NCBI RefSeq assembly: GCF_009834535.1
Contig: NC_045697.1
Span: 95,792,001 to 95,856,000 of the forward strand
DNA length: 64,000 nt
Direction of reading: 5' to 3'
Source: Camelus ferus
Taxonomy: Eukaryota
The number at the start of each line of letters is the position of its first letter. The stretch's first letter is position 1. Positions 14,278 to 27,342 of the stretch are shown here, in pieces. The translations under genes were made by a program, and so were the position numbers. Below the pieces are notes generated by a model that did no database searches, had not been told where the DNA came from, and worked only from the letters and a program-made list of their open reading frames with translations.

Positions 14278-14417
14278 AATTTTTTTCATTTTATTAACTA
14301 GAGTCCACAGTTTACATCAGGTTTCACAAATGTATAATGACATGCATTCATCATTACAGTATCATACAGAATAATTTTATCTGCCTTAAAAATCCTCTGT
14401 GCTCTACCAATTCATCC
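14278..14417 (-). mobile_element. L1MC-type 3'UTR fragment
   Basis: 'acaaatgtataatgacatgcattcatcattacagtatcatacagaata..ccttaaaaatcctctgtgctct'. Confidence 0.7.
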
Positions 14418-14869
14418 AAGGACCAATTCTATATCCTAGTAAGTTTCTCCTCTCCACTGCCCCAAACTAAAGAGCATGTCACTTCCTAGTTCTCTCACTG
14501 CCCAGTCCACACTGCACTCCCAAGTCTTGGTGACCACAATTCTGATCCTGCCAATCCTCCTGGAAGCTCAAATTCTAGCCTATCTTGCTCCCATGATGCT
14601 TTAGATGTCTATCATCTTGTACAACAGCAATGGACAATATAGTTATATATGCTTTTCTTTTAAATTTGAAACAAAAGTAGAAAAAAGGAGCAGTAAAAGT
14701 GATCAAGGTGTAAACATAAATATACTTTCCCAAAGAAACAGTCAGGATTCTGTTACAATAAATTATGTGACATCTAAATATGAGTTGACAAGTACCATGT
14801 AGCAACACTAGTGTTGTCAGTCTCTACTAAGAAACTGGCAATTATATATCTAAGTGGTGCATGTGTGCG

Positions 14870-16000
14870 TGTTTTACATTTTTAATTACCAAATAATACA
14901 CAAATCATTTTTGTGGTAAGAGTTTCAAATAATGTGTAAATACAGTGAGATAAATATGAATGTCCTTTTTCCGATGGCTTTTCTTCCACTGCATCTTCTC
15001 TCACTCAGGGATAAATACTATGAATCTGGTAACCATGCATTCTTCCAATCCTGTTTTGATGTGTTTATTACAGATAACCAAAAATATATCAATGTCCATT
15101 ATACAAGGGTTTACATAAAAGGTGCTATACATATTTATCTGTGACTTTTTTTTAATTGAGTTATATTCAGTTTACAATGTTGTGTCAACCTCTGGTGTAC
15201 AGCACAATTCTTCAGTCATAGGTGAATATACATACATTCATTTTCATATTCCTCCTCACCATGAGCCACTAGAAGACATTGAATATATTTCCTTGTGCCA
15301 TACAGTATAAACTTGTTTATCTATTTTATATGTACCTGTCAGTATCTTAAAATCTCAAACTCCCAGTTTATCTCTTCCTACCCACCTCCCCCCTGACAAC
15401 CACAAATTTATATTCTATGTCTGAGTCTGTTTCTTTTTATATGTAAGTTCATTTGTCTTCTTCTTCTTTTTTTTTTTTAGATTCCACATATGAATGATAT
15501 CATATGGTATTTTTCTTTCTCTTTCTGGCTTACTTCACTTAGAATGACATTCTTCAGGGACATCCATGTTGCTGCAAATGGCATTATGTTGTTATTTTGT
15601 ATGGCTAAGTAGTATTCCATTGAATAAACATACCACAACTTCTTTATCCAGTCATCTGTCAATGGACATTTAGGTTGTTTCCATGTCTTGGTTATTGTAA
15701 ATAGTGCTGTTATGAACACTAGGGTGCAGGTGTCTTTTTGAATTTGGGTTCCTTCTGGTTATATGCCCAAGAGTGGGATTGCTGGGTATCTGTGACATTT
15801 TTTTAATATTTGCTTTGGAGATCTCTCTAAATCTGTTCGTTTATGTCTAGGCAACTGTTTTAAATTGCAAAAAAAGTAGTCTATAGATTTGATTTTATAT
15901 CCATAGCCAAAATGGGATATAATTTATTCCAACCCTCCCATATGACAAACATTTGGGTTGTTTTCAATGCTGCACTGAGCATATTTATACCTAATTTTTA
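14870..16000 (-). mobile_element. Old L1ME-type 3' remnant flanking the young L1 insertion
   Basis: Degenerate L1 3' motifs on both sides of 15146-15786, e.g. 'aatttattccaaccctcccatatgacaaacatttgggttgttttcaa'. Confidence 0.5.
15146..15786 (-). mobile_element. Young 5'-truncated L1 (ORF2 C-terminus plus 3'UTR) with TSD
   Basis: ORF 15477-15719 (MFITALFTITKTWKQPKCP..WIKKLWYVYSMEYY..PFAATWM..ILSEVSQ) is the L1 ORF2 C-terminus. TSD tatctgtgac at 15136-15145 and 15787-15796; poly(T) tail at the left end. Confidence 0.95.
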
Positions 16001-16199
16001 GACACAAGTGTAATAAATTATTTAAGGAATCTTACTCAGTGCTTAGAAACAGCCTCATAGTTGCTCAGCATTATATATATGTTTTGCAATATTTTCCCTT
16101 TAAATCCCAATTTACAGTATTATTTGAATATAATTTGGACTTCATATTGAAAAATGTTGGCATTAATTAAAATTAATCAATTTTTAAATGCTTGAAAAA

Positions 16200-16800
16200 A
16201 CGTGTTTTCTGTTTGCTGAATAATACATAATATATGTGGTCAGGCTTGTTAATTATGAACACATGGGTTTTAAATAATTCATGTTTTATGTTCTTATTCT
16301 CTTTAAGTCTACAAAATATTTTTGAGGCAGCTTAAAATATAAACTACTATTATGTTTACTTTATTATTTTTTCTTACATTTTGAATACTCATTAATTTTA
16401 TCAGTGTTTTATCATGCATTATTTTATCATTTTTACTTTTTGGTGTGACCCTTGTAAACAGCATATAGCACTTTGTTTTAATCTTAAGCATTTTGATTAC
16501 TAATGAGTTAAGACTTTTTTTTTGGTATTCCTACCATGGTATTTTGTATTTTCCATTTGGCAAAATTGCTTGATCTTTCCCCCTCCCTCTTCATCCATTC
16601 CTTCCTCCTTTTCTTTCCTCTGTCTTTAATTTGTCCTTTCACTCTCTTTTGGATAGAATGGGTTTTCATATTTTCTTGGTTCCGACTCATATTGATTCAG
16701 TAGTGGTATCTCTCACTTGTGATCTTCTAATTGTCATCCTCAAATTTGTATTACTCATATTTGGAGAAAAATAGATTGACATCTAGTGTTAACAAGTATC
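16200..16800 (-). mobile_element. Ancient L1 fragment around the ORF2 start/endonuclease
   Basis: Minus strand 'ctatatgctgtttacaag' corresponds to the ICCLQE motif of the L1 endonuclease. Confidence 0.5.
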
Positions 16801-16909
16801 ATGGAAAACTACATAAGATCTTTGAAGATACTTATCAATTTCCTTTTACTTTCCAGAGTTACCAAGAAATCTTTACATAACTCCTATTCCTTTTGTTAAT
16901 TTAACTTTC

Positions 16910-17045
16910 AGAGGTTCAGATTCTTCTCTGTAATGTGGATGTGATTCTACCTCTACTACAGGATTATTATAACGACTGAGATAGCAGGTAGTTGTGCCTA
17001 TGTTAATTACTTGAAACATGGCAGATGGTTAGCCAACGACACTTC
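16910..17045 (+). mobile_element. MIR fragment
   Basis: 'tcagattcttctctgtaatgtggatg..ctacctctactacaggattattataacgactgagata'. Confidence 0.5.
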
Positions 17046-18127
17046 TCTTATCCCCATTTATATTTTTAATCAATGCATGTATTTTATGATTATGAAGTTA
17101 TGGATACCATTGATTTTTCAATAGTGTATAGTATTATTTTGTATGCTAAAGCTGAGCTTTACTCTTAAAACCAAATCATTTCAGTATCTCTATAGTACAG
17201 GATGATAAGGCCACATAAAGGAAATAGAATTATGATATACCATTGATCCTTCTTAAGGATAACACCAAAAGTATGAGGCTTTTAATAAGATGATACCAGG
17301 TAATTTGTCTACAAACACATAGTATATGGCATATACTTGAAAAATATTAAATATAGTAAAATTTTATTATTTAATTATTTGAAATTTTATAACATGCTTT
17401 TGGTCAGGTTTCTGAGCTGTGAATATTACCAAATATAATTCTTACTTCATGCTCTGACACCATAAAGTGTTGAAAGTATATAAAGGAAGAATTATGAAGA
17501 AATTAAACACAAAAAAGGCACAGTTAATATTCAAGGTGCAGATGTTCCCCTTAAACAATCAAGGAAAAAATATAAAAATGGGAGAAAGAGAAGAGACAGT
17601 CAAATAATGAGAGAGGCATGGGATGAAAATAGCAGATATACTCCTTACATCCAGACAACTAGATTTCCTTTATCTTATCTCCACATTTAGTGCATAACAA
17701 AATGATGTCCTGGAGTGGAGTTCTGCTGCTCAGTGGAGCCAGAGATGAAGGTACCATATGGAGCAGGTGTTCAGGACAATGCAAAGTTTCACACTGGGGA
17801 GAGACAGGCTTCCACTGAGCAGCATGTAAATATTAAAACAAAAATTTCCCCAAATGAAGAGACTTGAGTGAGAACAAGATATTCTAGCCAGCATTATATT
17901 TGGATACAGATATGTTTAGAATGTAACATCTTAAATCACTATGGCTTGGGGAATTTCATGTTATTACACATAAATGAGAACATTTCAAAGTTATGTCCTT
18001 ATTAAAAGTATTTTAATTACAATATTCATATCAAAATGTCTTTTTTTTTTTCATTTTTCACTCATTCATGTTGATCGTTTTGTTATGCATTTATTTGTTA
18101 GCAAAGTGCCAAGTGTAGCCTTGTGGG

Positions 18128-18278
18128 GAATCCCATATTTATCCTGTACTAGATATGTGAAATTGAAACTTAGCTTTTCTGTGTCTCAATTTTTCTTCTT
18201 TTAAATAAGTACAGTAAGGTCCTAAGGGTTATAGTGAAAATAAATGAAGGAATGTGTCCAGTAGCATGCCTGACACCT
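18128..18278 (+). mobile_element. MIR fragment
   Basis: 'actagatatgtgaaattg..tctgtgtctcaattt..agggttatagtgaaaataaatga..gcctgacac'. Confidence 0.6.
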
Positions 18279-18433
18279 CTTTGCTTCATAATAACTCTTA
18301 GTTTTCCCATTCCACACTTACAATTGGAATCTAATTAGTCATATCAATATGCACAACAAGTATGATTAGGCCCTCACCATCAAATATGTGCAAACTTGAT
18401 TTTGTTTAGTTTACATAGTTTACATAGTTACAT

Positions 18434-18915
18434 ATGTCTTTCTTGGCACTGGACCAACCTGCATTTTCCTGATGCAGTCATCTTTTCCTACGCCAGTTCG
18501 GGTGCTACCCGCTGGCAGCGCCCTGCCCACAGCCTCAGCACTTCAGGGCCCACTAGCCTGACTTCCAAATGCCAGGTGCATTGCTTTGCATCTGCGCTTT
18601 CTTGCCTTGGATCCCACTTTAACACCCATGCAGCAGGCTACCCATGCTGTAGAATTAACACCTCCCCTCACACACTCAGGCAGAACCACCAGGGTTGGTA
18701 TATAAAGACCCCAGCTCCTTCACCCACCAGGTAAAATTATTCTGACTGGTGTTTCCTCGTTGTCTCCAGTGAGACTGAACTCCAGTCGTCCCCACTGGCA
18801 GTTAACTGCATAGTGTCCCCTTCTCACTTCTCCTTCCCTCTCTGTCACCTCTCAAAGAACCTACTTGCACTGAATTAGAGTCTTGGGGATGCTTCTGGGG
18901 AAACACAGATTTTCT
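18434..18915 (+). mobile_element. ERVL LTR16-family solo LTR
   Basis: 'tgacttccaaatgccagg', 'ggtatataaagaccccagctcc', 'gaactccagtcgtccccactgg', and the end 'ctacttgcactgaat..tgcttctggggaaac'. Confidence 0.8.
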
Positions 18916-19989
18916 CAATCCAGACCAGTGACTGCAAACCCTAACCTGGTACTAAAATTCCGGTTGCTGTCAAGTGTTTCAATTGCCCAGTCATTTCAAT
19001 ATCCAGGCTTTTCTTTAAGTATGTTTAGCACCCTTTTAAACTGCTCACCTGTCCTGCTTCTTTTCAAAGGGTATGACTCTGCCTGGGAGAAGGTACCAAA
19101 GAGAGGAGTCTGATTACACAATTTAGGGCTCATTAAGATAAATAGGGCAGTGCCAGCCTGTGGTTTCAGGCTGGTTTAGAGCCAGTCAGGTGATCATGAC
19201 AGTGAGGTCTGCGCACAGCACGTGTGTGACATATTCAGCTCTCTCATGCAGCCGGCTCTTGATTGCTGAGGACGTCAAAGGGGCAGCTGTGTGGCCCTTT
19301 GTCTCTCACCTGCATCACACCGACCCACAACTGACTCCTTCCCTGTCGCATATACTGCTGCCATTTCTGCCCACCATGGTCTAGCAGGGTCCTTCAAAGA
19401 GTCTCTGGAAAGGAAGGGTGCCTCCTTTGCTTCTCTGGGTGTCTGAGGTTGCCATGTGTCCAGCCTGTGTTGGATGCTGGATATGCCAGTCAGTCTTTCA
19501 TTTTCAACTATGTCTATTTGAGAAAAAATACGCATTTGTCTTTTTTCCCCCTCTGGATAAAACTCTGAATTCTGAAGGCCACTTGTATTCTCCCTACTTT
19601 CAAAGCCAAGAGAATGATAGGGTGGGGAGGTGGGGTAAGTGAGAGGTGCTGACTAATTCAACTCTTCCTGTAACTGACTCCTACCCACCTCTGACTCTTT
19701 GTTTTCTTACATAGACAAGTTTGTGTGGATTGCCATTTGCAGTCCTCTGGTACACAACCCCTTAGAAACTCAGGCAATGCAATATCTAAAGCCACAGCCG
19801 GTGTTGCTATTAAATTAGAATATGAGGTGAAAAGCATTTATGTGGAAAATCTCGTATTTTGTAAACCACTGGAAATCATTTTGATGAAATACACACACAC
19901 ACACTTATCTATATGTTATATGCATATACCATTTAGTATATATAGCATATACTTAAATGAAGTCAGCAGCAAACAATTAAAAGTCAACA

Positions 19990-20145
19990 TAGGGTGGGTG
20001 GCAATATAGGGGTGAGGGAGTGGGAGGTACAAACCACTGGGTATCAGATAGGCTCAAGGATGTTTTGTACAATAGGGGAATATAGCCAGTATTTTGTAAT
20101 AACTGTAAATGGAAAGTAACCATTAGAACTGGTATACATTTTTTG
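19990..20145 (+). mobile_element. L1 3'UTR fragment (cetartiodactyl-type)
   Basis: 'gagtgggaggtacaaaccactgggtatcagataggctcaaggatgt..ggggaatatagccagtattttgtaataactgtaaatgga'. Confidence 0.8.
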
Positions 20146-20244
20146 AAATTTTTAAACTCAATATATTAGTAATATACACAAAAATATCAATGTAGTTTGT
20201 TAATTTTGGAAGTGACTAGAGTGAGATCAGGGACAAGAAGTTAC

Positions 20245-20712
20245 TTGCTGCCCTTGGAGTTCTTATTTGGATGATGCTCTTCATCTTTACAAGACCTTGA
20301 CCCTGCCCCTCTCTCCCACCTGACTTTCATCCTCCTGTTTGAATTATACTCTCCAGCCACATTGTTCTTTTTGTCCTTGAAAAGAGCAGAATTCCTTCTT
20401 CCTTTGCACTTATTCCCTACGAAAAATTCTGAATTTTTTGTTCTCCCTACTTGTAATTTTCTTCCAAGATGACTAGATAATCTTTCAGTGGTCTTCTCAT
20501 CCTCATCCATTAAACCTGCTTAAATATTAAAGTGCAGTCAGTATCATTTCACTCTATTTATTTCATAGCACCCATAATGGCCAAATATTATACATTTATT
20601 TGCTTACTATACATATTTTCTCAGGAGATTATAAATTCCACTTTCTGAATTCCTAGTGTCTAGACTAGTGTTTGACACATAATGGCATTCAAGGAATATT
20701 TGATAAACAGAA
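20245..20712 (+). mobile_element. L2 3' portion
   Basis: 'ctccagccacattg..cctttgcact..cctagtgtctagactagtgtttgacacataatggcattcaaggaatatttg'. Confidence 0.75.
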
Positions 20713-21559
20713 AAAATATACGTGAAGGAAATTTGAGCTAAAAGTCTTGTTAGCATCAGTTTTCGCCCTGCCTAAGTTTGTTCATTAGACCCATGCAAGG
20801 TTATCATTGTTTTGTTTTGTATGTCACTACAAGCAAGTACAAAAAGACTAATCTTGAACAAATTAACTTTCTTAAATAAACATATAATGAAAGCAACAGA
20901 ATTCATATATTTTAAATAAAAATTTACCTGGGAAATTAAACATTTTACTAGGCCCAATATGAAAATAAAACTTAATTCAAAATCTTATTTGGTGTTGAGA
21001 GAAGGTTGATCATCAAAATCATAGTATCTTATAATGATTTTGAAATGCCTGTGAAAATACAAATCTTTATCTTCCAAAACATCTAAATAACCAGCTCTTA
21101 CTAAACCAAGTTAATAATTCTCCTAAACTTATAAATTCAGTTCAAATGTTAAATCCAGAGAAAAGTAAGCTTGCTTAATTTTCTGGGTTATTAAAGTAAA
21201 ACTAATTTGTTGAAATTAAGCCAACTCTAGCTTTAAGCATTTCATGCTACTACTTAGAAAATAACTAAATGTAATGAAAATGTAATGAATTTTACTTGAA
21301 CAACTTACTATGTGGGAAGAAATCTGGAGTCTGTCTAAATTTTCCAAGAATAGAAGTAAATTTAACTCTAACTTTGTCCTCCAAATCTGTATAACGTTCA
21401 AGGTGGTGGATAAAAGCACTGAATTGCTTCAGTATTTATTCATTTTTGCCATGTATCAAGAGGAAACATTTATCATACAGAGAGTAGGGATGGATAAATA
21501 CACCTCTGGATGTGAAAATGTAAATAAAATGATTTCCTGGAAACTAGTATTCTCATTCT

Positions 21560-21850
21560 TCTCATTCATTCATTCATTAGACAGATATTTTTTGGATACC
21601 ATCAATACTTAAGAACTCTTCTAGGGCCTGAGACACAACAGTGAATAGAACAGACAAAAATCTCTCATAGAATTCACAATTTAGAGGGAAAAACAAAGAA
21701 GTGTGTAATGTTAGACACTGCATCGACACTACAAAGATATAACATCACTACATCAAAGACATGGTGGTAAATGCTACAGAGGAATTATAGAGCAAAGAAG
21801 AGATGTATGAGTCATTGGGGAGGTGAAATTGTGGATAGGGTAATTAGGCA
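21560..21850 (-). mobile_element. L2a 3' end
   Basis: 'cattcattcattcatt..tctagggcctgagacacaacagtgaatagaacagacaaaaatctctcatagaattcacaatttag'. Confidence 0.8.
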
Positions 21851-24800
21851 GACGCAGAACACATGAAAGTATGTATTTGCATTCTTCAGAGTTTTCTTTC
21901 ACTGGACCTTATTTATACAAGCTATGATTAATTTTTTTGAGTCACAGACTGATAGCTGACTAAACAAGACACAAGGTACAAAGCTAGAAGACGCATCAGT
22001 GTGTACCCTGCACATGCTCAAGAGCATTTTAGAAGCCTAGAAACCCAGGAGAAAGGTATTTTTCTCTTGTCTTCTACCATATTTTTTCTAGAAAAGTCCT
22101 ATAAAGACACGACCTACAGAGTTGCAGAAGTTGATATAGAAAATGTATCTATACTTATGTCTAGAACATTAATGTAAACATAAAATCATGATAATATTTA
22201 AGAGTAAAAAATGTTTAATTTGTACAAAACTTTGTAATTGGGGAAGTGGTTACACATAGAACATTTTATTTAATCTTCACAAAATTCTCTGCTGTAAGAA
22301 GACTTGCTGTGGGTTACAAAACTAACAAATGGTAAACAGCGATGAATTCTTGGTCTATCTCAACATGCTTGTCTTAAGTCTTTCACATATTCTTCCAATT
22401 AGTTTGCAAACTTCTGACCCTGGTGCCTGAAGTCCCAGCCATGCCACTCATTAACATGATCAAAATAAGGCCTCTTAGAGTTGGTTATTCTTCTTTATGA
22501 CTGTGTCCTTTGCATGAAAATCTCTATGATTAGAAGAGAACTACTTAATTAAAAATTTTGGAGCTATATCACATTTCCTATTGTATAGAAGTAAATGAAA
22601 GTTATTTAATCATAAATCATCAAATCTCAGGGCTTTGATGGACATAAAGGTCATCTCATCCAATCATCCAGTAAGACTTAAGACATATGTGCAAGTAAAT
22701 CCAAGTTATATTAACAAATCTGCCCTTTTATTTAAGAAATAGCATGCTTTTATTTGACAAGAAACTGTTTAACCTTTACCAGAAGAAGTAGATGGCTTAA
22801 ATTTTTTTTCATAAATTAAATTAATATTGCTCCAGGAAGAAAGATTAGTATTTAAAAGTAATATATAAAATGAAATATTTATCATTTATTTATTATATTT
22901 GAGAAACTGTCAGCAGTTGGACTCTCATAATACACATGCAAAATTCACTCTTGCCTTTCCCCTGACATTTGCTCTTTAGTGATGGATGTCAGAGGAAGGT
23001 CTGAGCCCACTATGGAACTTAGAACAGCATCGATAGACTGGTAATGTATGGAAAATATACTAAATCTCTCTTATCCAGTTTGCTTCCACTTTATTTCCCC
23101 ATCAGTATACTTCAAGCTGTACACTGTTTTCTGCCTGTTGATCTAACTCACCCTATTTGTTCATCTTCCCTAAGACGTTAAACATCACACCTTCTCTTAA
23201 CTTTCAAAACCAGCAACTTCTTAATTTAATGCAATTATCTGAGGTACCCTGTCCAATGGGAGATTAGTTGACCATCTTTTCCTCCTTCTGGTTAATATAT
23301 GATTTTAAAAGTGAGTTTCTGTATGATTTGTCTTTTCCATTTTTGAAACTTAAAACAATGCTGTAAGATGTAACTAGTGGGGAAGAGGGTAATGTTTAGG
23401 TTTGGCACAGCATTTGGGCCTCTTCAAATGACCTCACATAGGTAACTTTACTCCTTTGATGTCATAATTCCAACATAGGTTTTATCAGGACATATAATTC
23501 TCTGAAGTAACAGGAAATTAAATAAACTATGATTCAGACAGATGCCCAAAAGTTTCTTAGTTCTGTTTCTTTCCATGAATTACTTGTTTCTTGATAAAAT
23601 TATTCAAAATAATAAGTTCCATTGAGTCTAGTCTTTGTTTGTTTTAATGACATGGTATGAAAACTTCAACATTTAAATTAATTGTGGTATATCATAATTA
23701 CCTGGATGGCATATCATATATAATTTTGAAATTATTTTGAAAGTTTGCTTTGTATTGCATCTTATCCATTTTAATAGTGCTATGAGAAGCTCTAAAAGCC
23801 ACTAGCTTTTTATTGTCATCATCTGAATCATTTCAAAGGTTTATACATTTTTCAGTGTGATTTAAGTTTATATTAATATGATGTAGATAATGTCATTTTT
23901 GTTTAGTTTATAAAGTATACTCTGCCAAATGCATTGACTTGGATTTATTATGTTTCTGATTAGAAAGATTATATGTGCAATGTATAACTTTGTATGAATT
24001 AGTGGATGATGATTTAAGTTCTACAGAGACTTTGTTAAATTTATTGTGTATAGACCTTAATTCAACATTTGATATAGACAGTACTAGAGGTTTTGGTAGT
24101 TAACATATTCATGAGAGTAGATATTCATGAATGGATAACTGATGCGTATATCTCAGTAACAACAACTGCATTAAAATAGAAAACTACTTTCAGAGAAAAT
24201 AACCACTTTATAAGACCCTGCATTACAAATACATTTTGATATCTTTACAATATTTGTTATAGAACTTTGCATATAGTAAAGACCTCAGATTTGGTTCAAT
24301 CTGAAGAATCATATTATGTTACTCATATATTATTTTAAAAAGTCAAGTAAAAAAGATACTGGATAGCAACTAAGGATTTTTTCAGAACAATATATATTAG
24401 TAATTTTTTCATTTTGGAGAAGAACAAGAATTAGCTTTAAAAAGGAACCAACCTTAACATAAATAATAATTCAGCCATCATTGTTAAAAATTCTAATTAC
24501 ATGTACTCTGATTCTGAAATTATTTGATATATTCTTTTCTGCCCTCAGTCAGATCAAAACGTTTGTATGTGCCATCTTCTGCCAGTTTCTTTGATAAAAG
24601 TTGACACCTATGCTAATCATATTACTATAGAGTCTTATGATAGCTAGAAAAATATAGCTACAGGTATTTTAAATACTCAAATCTTTTCAATTTCCCCCAA
24701 TTCCAGTTGAAGTCTGAGTTCTTGGTAGCATATCTAAATCCTAGAAAATATAGGGTAAATGAGGAAATTCATTAATGAATCACTAGATATATGAGGGAAT

Positions 24801-24918
24801 ATAACACAGGAGGTAGTCTTTGGAATGGCCGTTTTGATTTTTACAGGAATTCTGGTTCATTAGAACATATTCAAATAAAATAAAGTCTTAATGCAGATGT
24901 CAGGAGAAGCTTCATGTC

Positions 24919-25449
24919 TGTATCTGTCAAGATTCAACTAGAGAAGCAGAGCCAGTAAAATTTTATTATACCCGGGTTCTGCACCTGCAAATTCAACCTT
25001 GTGGATCATGTAGAACTGTAGGATTTATGGAAAACAAATCTGTGTATAAGTGGGTCCATGCAGTTCAAACCCATATTATTCAAGGGTCAACTGTACGTGG
25101 ACTTATTACAAGGAACTGACATAAGCAGTTGTGGAGCCAGCTAAGGAATTCAGAACTTTATAGGGCAGATCAAGAAGGGAAGATAATGAACAGGATGGAC
25201 CCCACAGGAATGACCCAAAGCTGTTGTGCACAATAGGTAAAAAATTTCTCTCCTTAAAAAGCCTCTGCCCTGCATTTAAGACCTTCCAGTTAGTTAAGTC
25301 AGGCACATCAAAGGTAAGATACTTATTGAAAGTTCATTTACAAGAGACTTTAATAAATCTGCAAAATCCCCTCACAGGAATACACAGTTTAGTGCTTGAC
25401 TATCTAGGAACTTCAGCCTAACCAAGTCAGTTCATCATAAAGCATCATA
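24919..25449 (-). mobile_element. ERVL MLT2-family LTR, interrupted by a Tigger MITE
   Basis: 'tgtatctgtcaagattcaactagagaagcagagccagta..ttattacaaggaactgac..aaatctgcaaaatcccctcacag..agcctaaccaagtc'. Confidence 0.75.
24967..25093 (-). mobile_element. Tigger2a-like TcMar DNA transposon MITE (partial)
   Basis: Ends 'gtataagtgggtccatgcagttcaaacccatattattcaagggtcaactg' followed by TA; matches the Tigger2 terminus CAGTTGACCCTTGAA. Confidence 0.85.
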
Positions 25450-25977
25450 ATGCCTATCAAAAAGGTCATTATATTTCACTTTAGCTCTAATATTTTAGCC
25501 TGTGAAAATGTGAAAGACTATTAGTGAATTTTGCTCTTTTGGAAGAAGTGGGTATGGCTTGTATTAACTCCTTGGCATTCTTGGTCACATTTCCATATAT
25601 TCATTCCCTTTTCAGATATTTAGATCAAACATAGACTCAGACATTTTGGAGTGATATAGCAATATAATATTTTAAGTTGTCAAGTCACAAAGTGTTTTCT
25701 TCTTGGATCATTGAGTGTTTTCTCCTGTAGCTCAACTATCATTGTATTAAAGCACGAGGGTGATAAATGAATGGACTTAATGACTAGACCATTTAGGATA
25801 CAAAGAAACTTCAGTAACTGATGTGTAATAAAACCATATTAATTTAATTTGTAATAAGATACACCTTTTAAGGTGAAATAGACCTTCCAACGTCTACCAA
25901 GGACAAAGGAAGGACATGTTGAGAAGCCCTTAAACCTAGCTATGAGCAGAGCAGAAAAGCTAAACATATGTGAGCAC

Positions 25978-26830
25978 ATGGGATTTTCATTGAGATTTTG
26001 TTGAATCCATGACAAATTTGGGAAGAACTGACATCTTAATAATATTGAGACTCCTAACCTATGAACAAGATATACTTCTCTATTTGTTTAGGTCTTTTTT
26101 TTTTTTTTGGTTACTCTCAATTATGTTTTATTGTTCTCAGCATACCCTCATTCATGTTTTGTCAGATTTCCCTAAGTGTTTTTCTTTTTTGTGCTATTGT
26201 AAATGCTATTTTCTTTTCTTACTTTAATTTCCAGTTGTTCATTGTTAGCAAATAGAAATACAATTGATAGTTGGATTTATCTTATGTCCTTTAAAATTTG
26301 CTAAACTCACTAATTAGTTCTAGCAGGTTTTTTTTTAGGTACTTCAGATTGTCTGCATAGGTGATCATGCTGCCTACAGATAAAAATATTTTATTCATTT
26401 TCTTTTTCCATACTGAGTGACTTTTATTTCATTTTATGGCCTGATTGCAATGGCTAGAACGTCAGTACAATGTTAAATAGAAGTCATGAAAGGTGGCATC
26501 TTTGTCATGTTCCTGACCTTAGGGGAAAACAATTCATTTCTTACCTTCAGTATGATGTTAGCTACAGGATTTTTCCTAACTGTTCTTTATTAGGCACTTA
26601 AAAAATTGTCTTTCTATTTCTATTTTGATGAAAGTTGTTTATTTGTTTGAACCAGGAATGGATGTTGAATTTTGCTGAATGCTTTTTTTAACAAATAAGA
26701 TGATTATATAGATACCCGTTTTTAGTTTGTTAATATAATTTACAATTAATAATTGCATGCTAATTACAATTTTATTTTAAAATAGCAAGCTCCCTTTGGG
26801 GGAAAATACACACTTGGTTAGTCTCATTTT
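25978..26830 (-). mobile_element. Old L1 ORF2 reverse-transcriptase region
   Basis: 'ttgggaagaactgacatcttaataatattgag', 'ggctagaacgtcagtacaatgttaaatagaag', 'ttcctgaccttaggggaaa', 'aggaatggatgttgaattttgctgaatgcttttt'. Confidence 0.9.
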
Positions 26831-26921
26831 TTTTCCTAGAAAACTTCTAGGAAAAAACGTTAAGAAATTATTCCTAAGAGCTTGGTGGGCTAGGCAAAGA
26901 TTTATTATATGGAACACAAAA

Positions 26922-27342
26922 AAGAAACATCTTGCCATTTGCAACAACATGGATGGATCTGTCTTATGTTTAGTAAAGTAAGTCAGACAGAGAAAGATAA
27001 ATACTTTATGTTTTCACTTATATGTGGATTCAAAAACTAACCAAATGAACAAATGTAACAAAATAGAAACAGATTCATAGACGGAGAGAACAAACTAGTG
27101 CTTACTAATGGGGAGGAAGTGGTTGGAGGAACAAAATAGGTGAAGGAGATTTAGAGGTATGAACTACAGTTATAAAGTAAACAAGTTACAGGGATGTAAT
27201 GTACAGCACAGGGAATATAGTCAATATTTTATAATAACTTTGTATGGTATGTGATCTACAAAAATATCAAATCACAGTGTTATACAACTGAGATTAATAT
27301 AAGTCAACTATACTTCAATAAATTTTTGAAAATAAAAAAAAA
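26922..27342 (+). mobile_element. Younger L1 3' end (ORF2 C-terminus, 3'UTR, A-tail)
   Basis: 'ttgccatttgcaacaacatggatgga..gtcagacagagaaagataaatac..gtacagcacagggaatatagtcaata..tcaactatacttcaataaa'. Confidence 0.9.
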
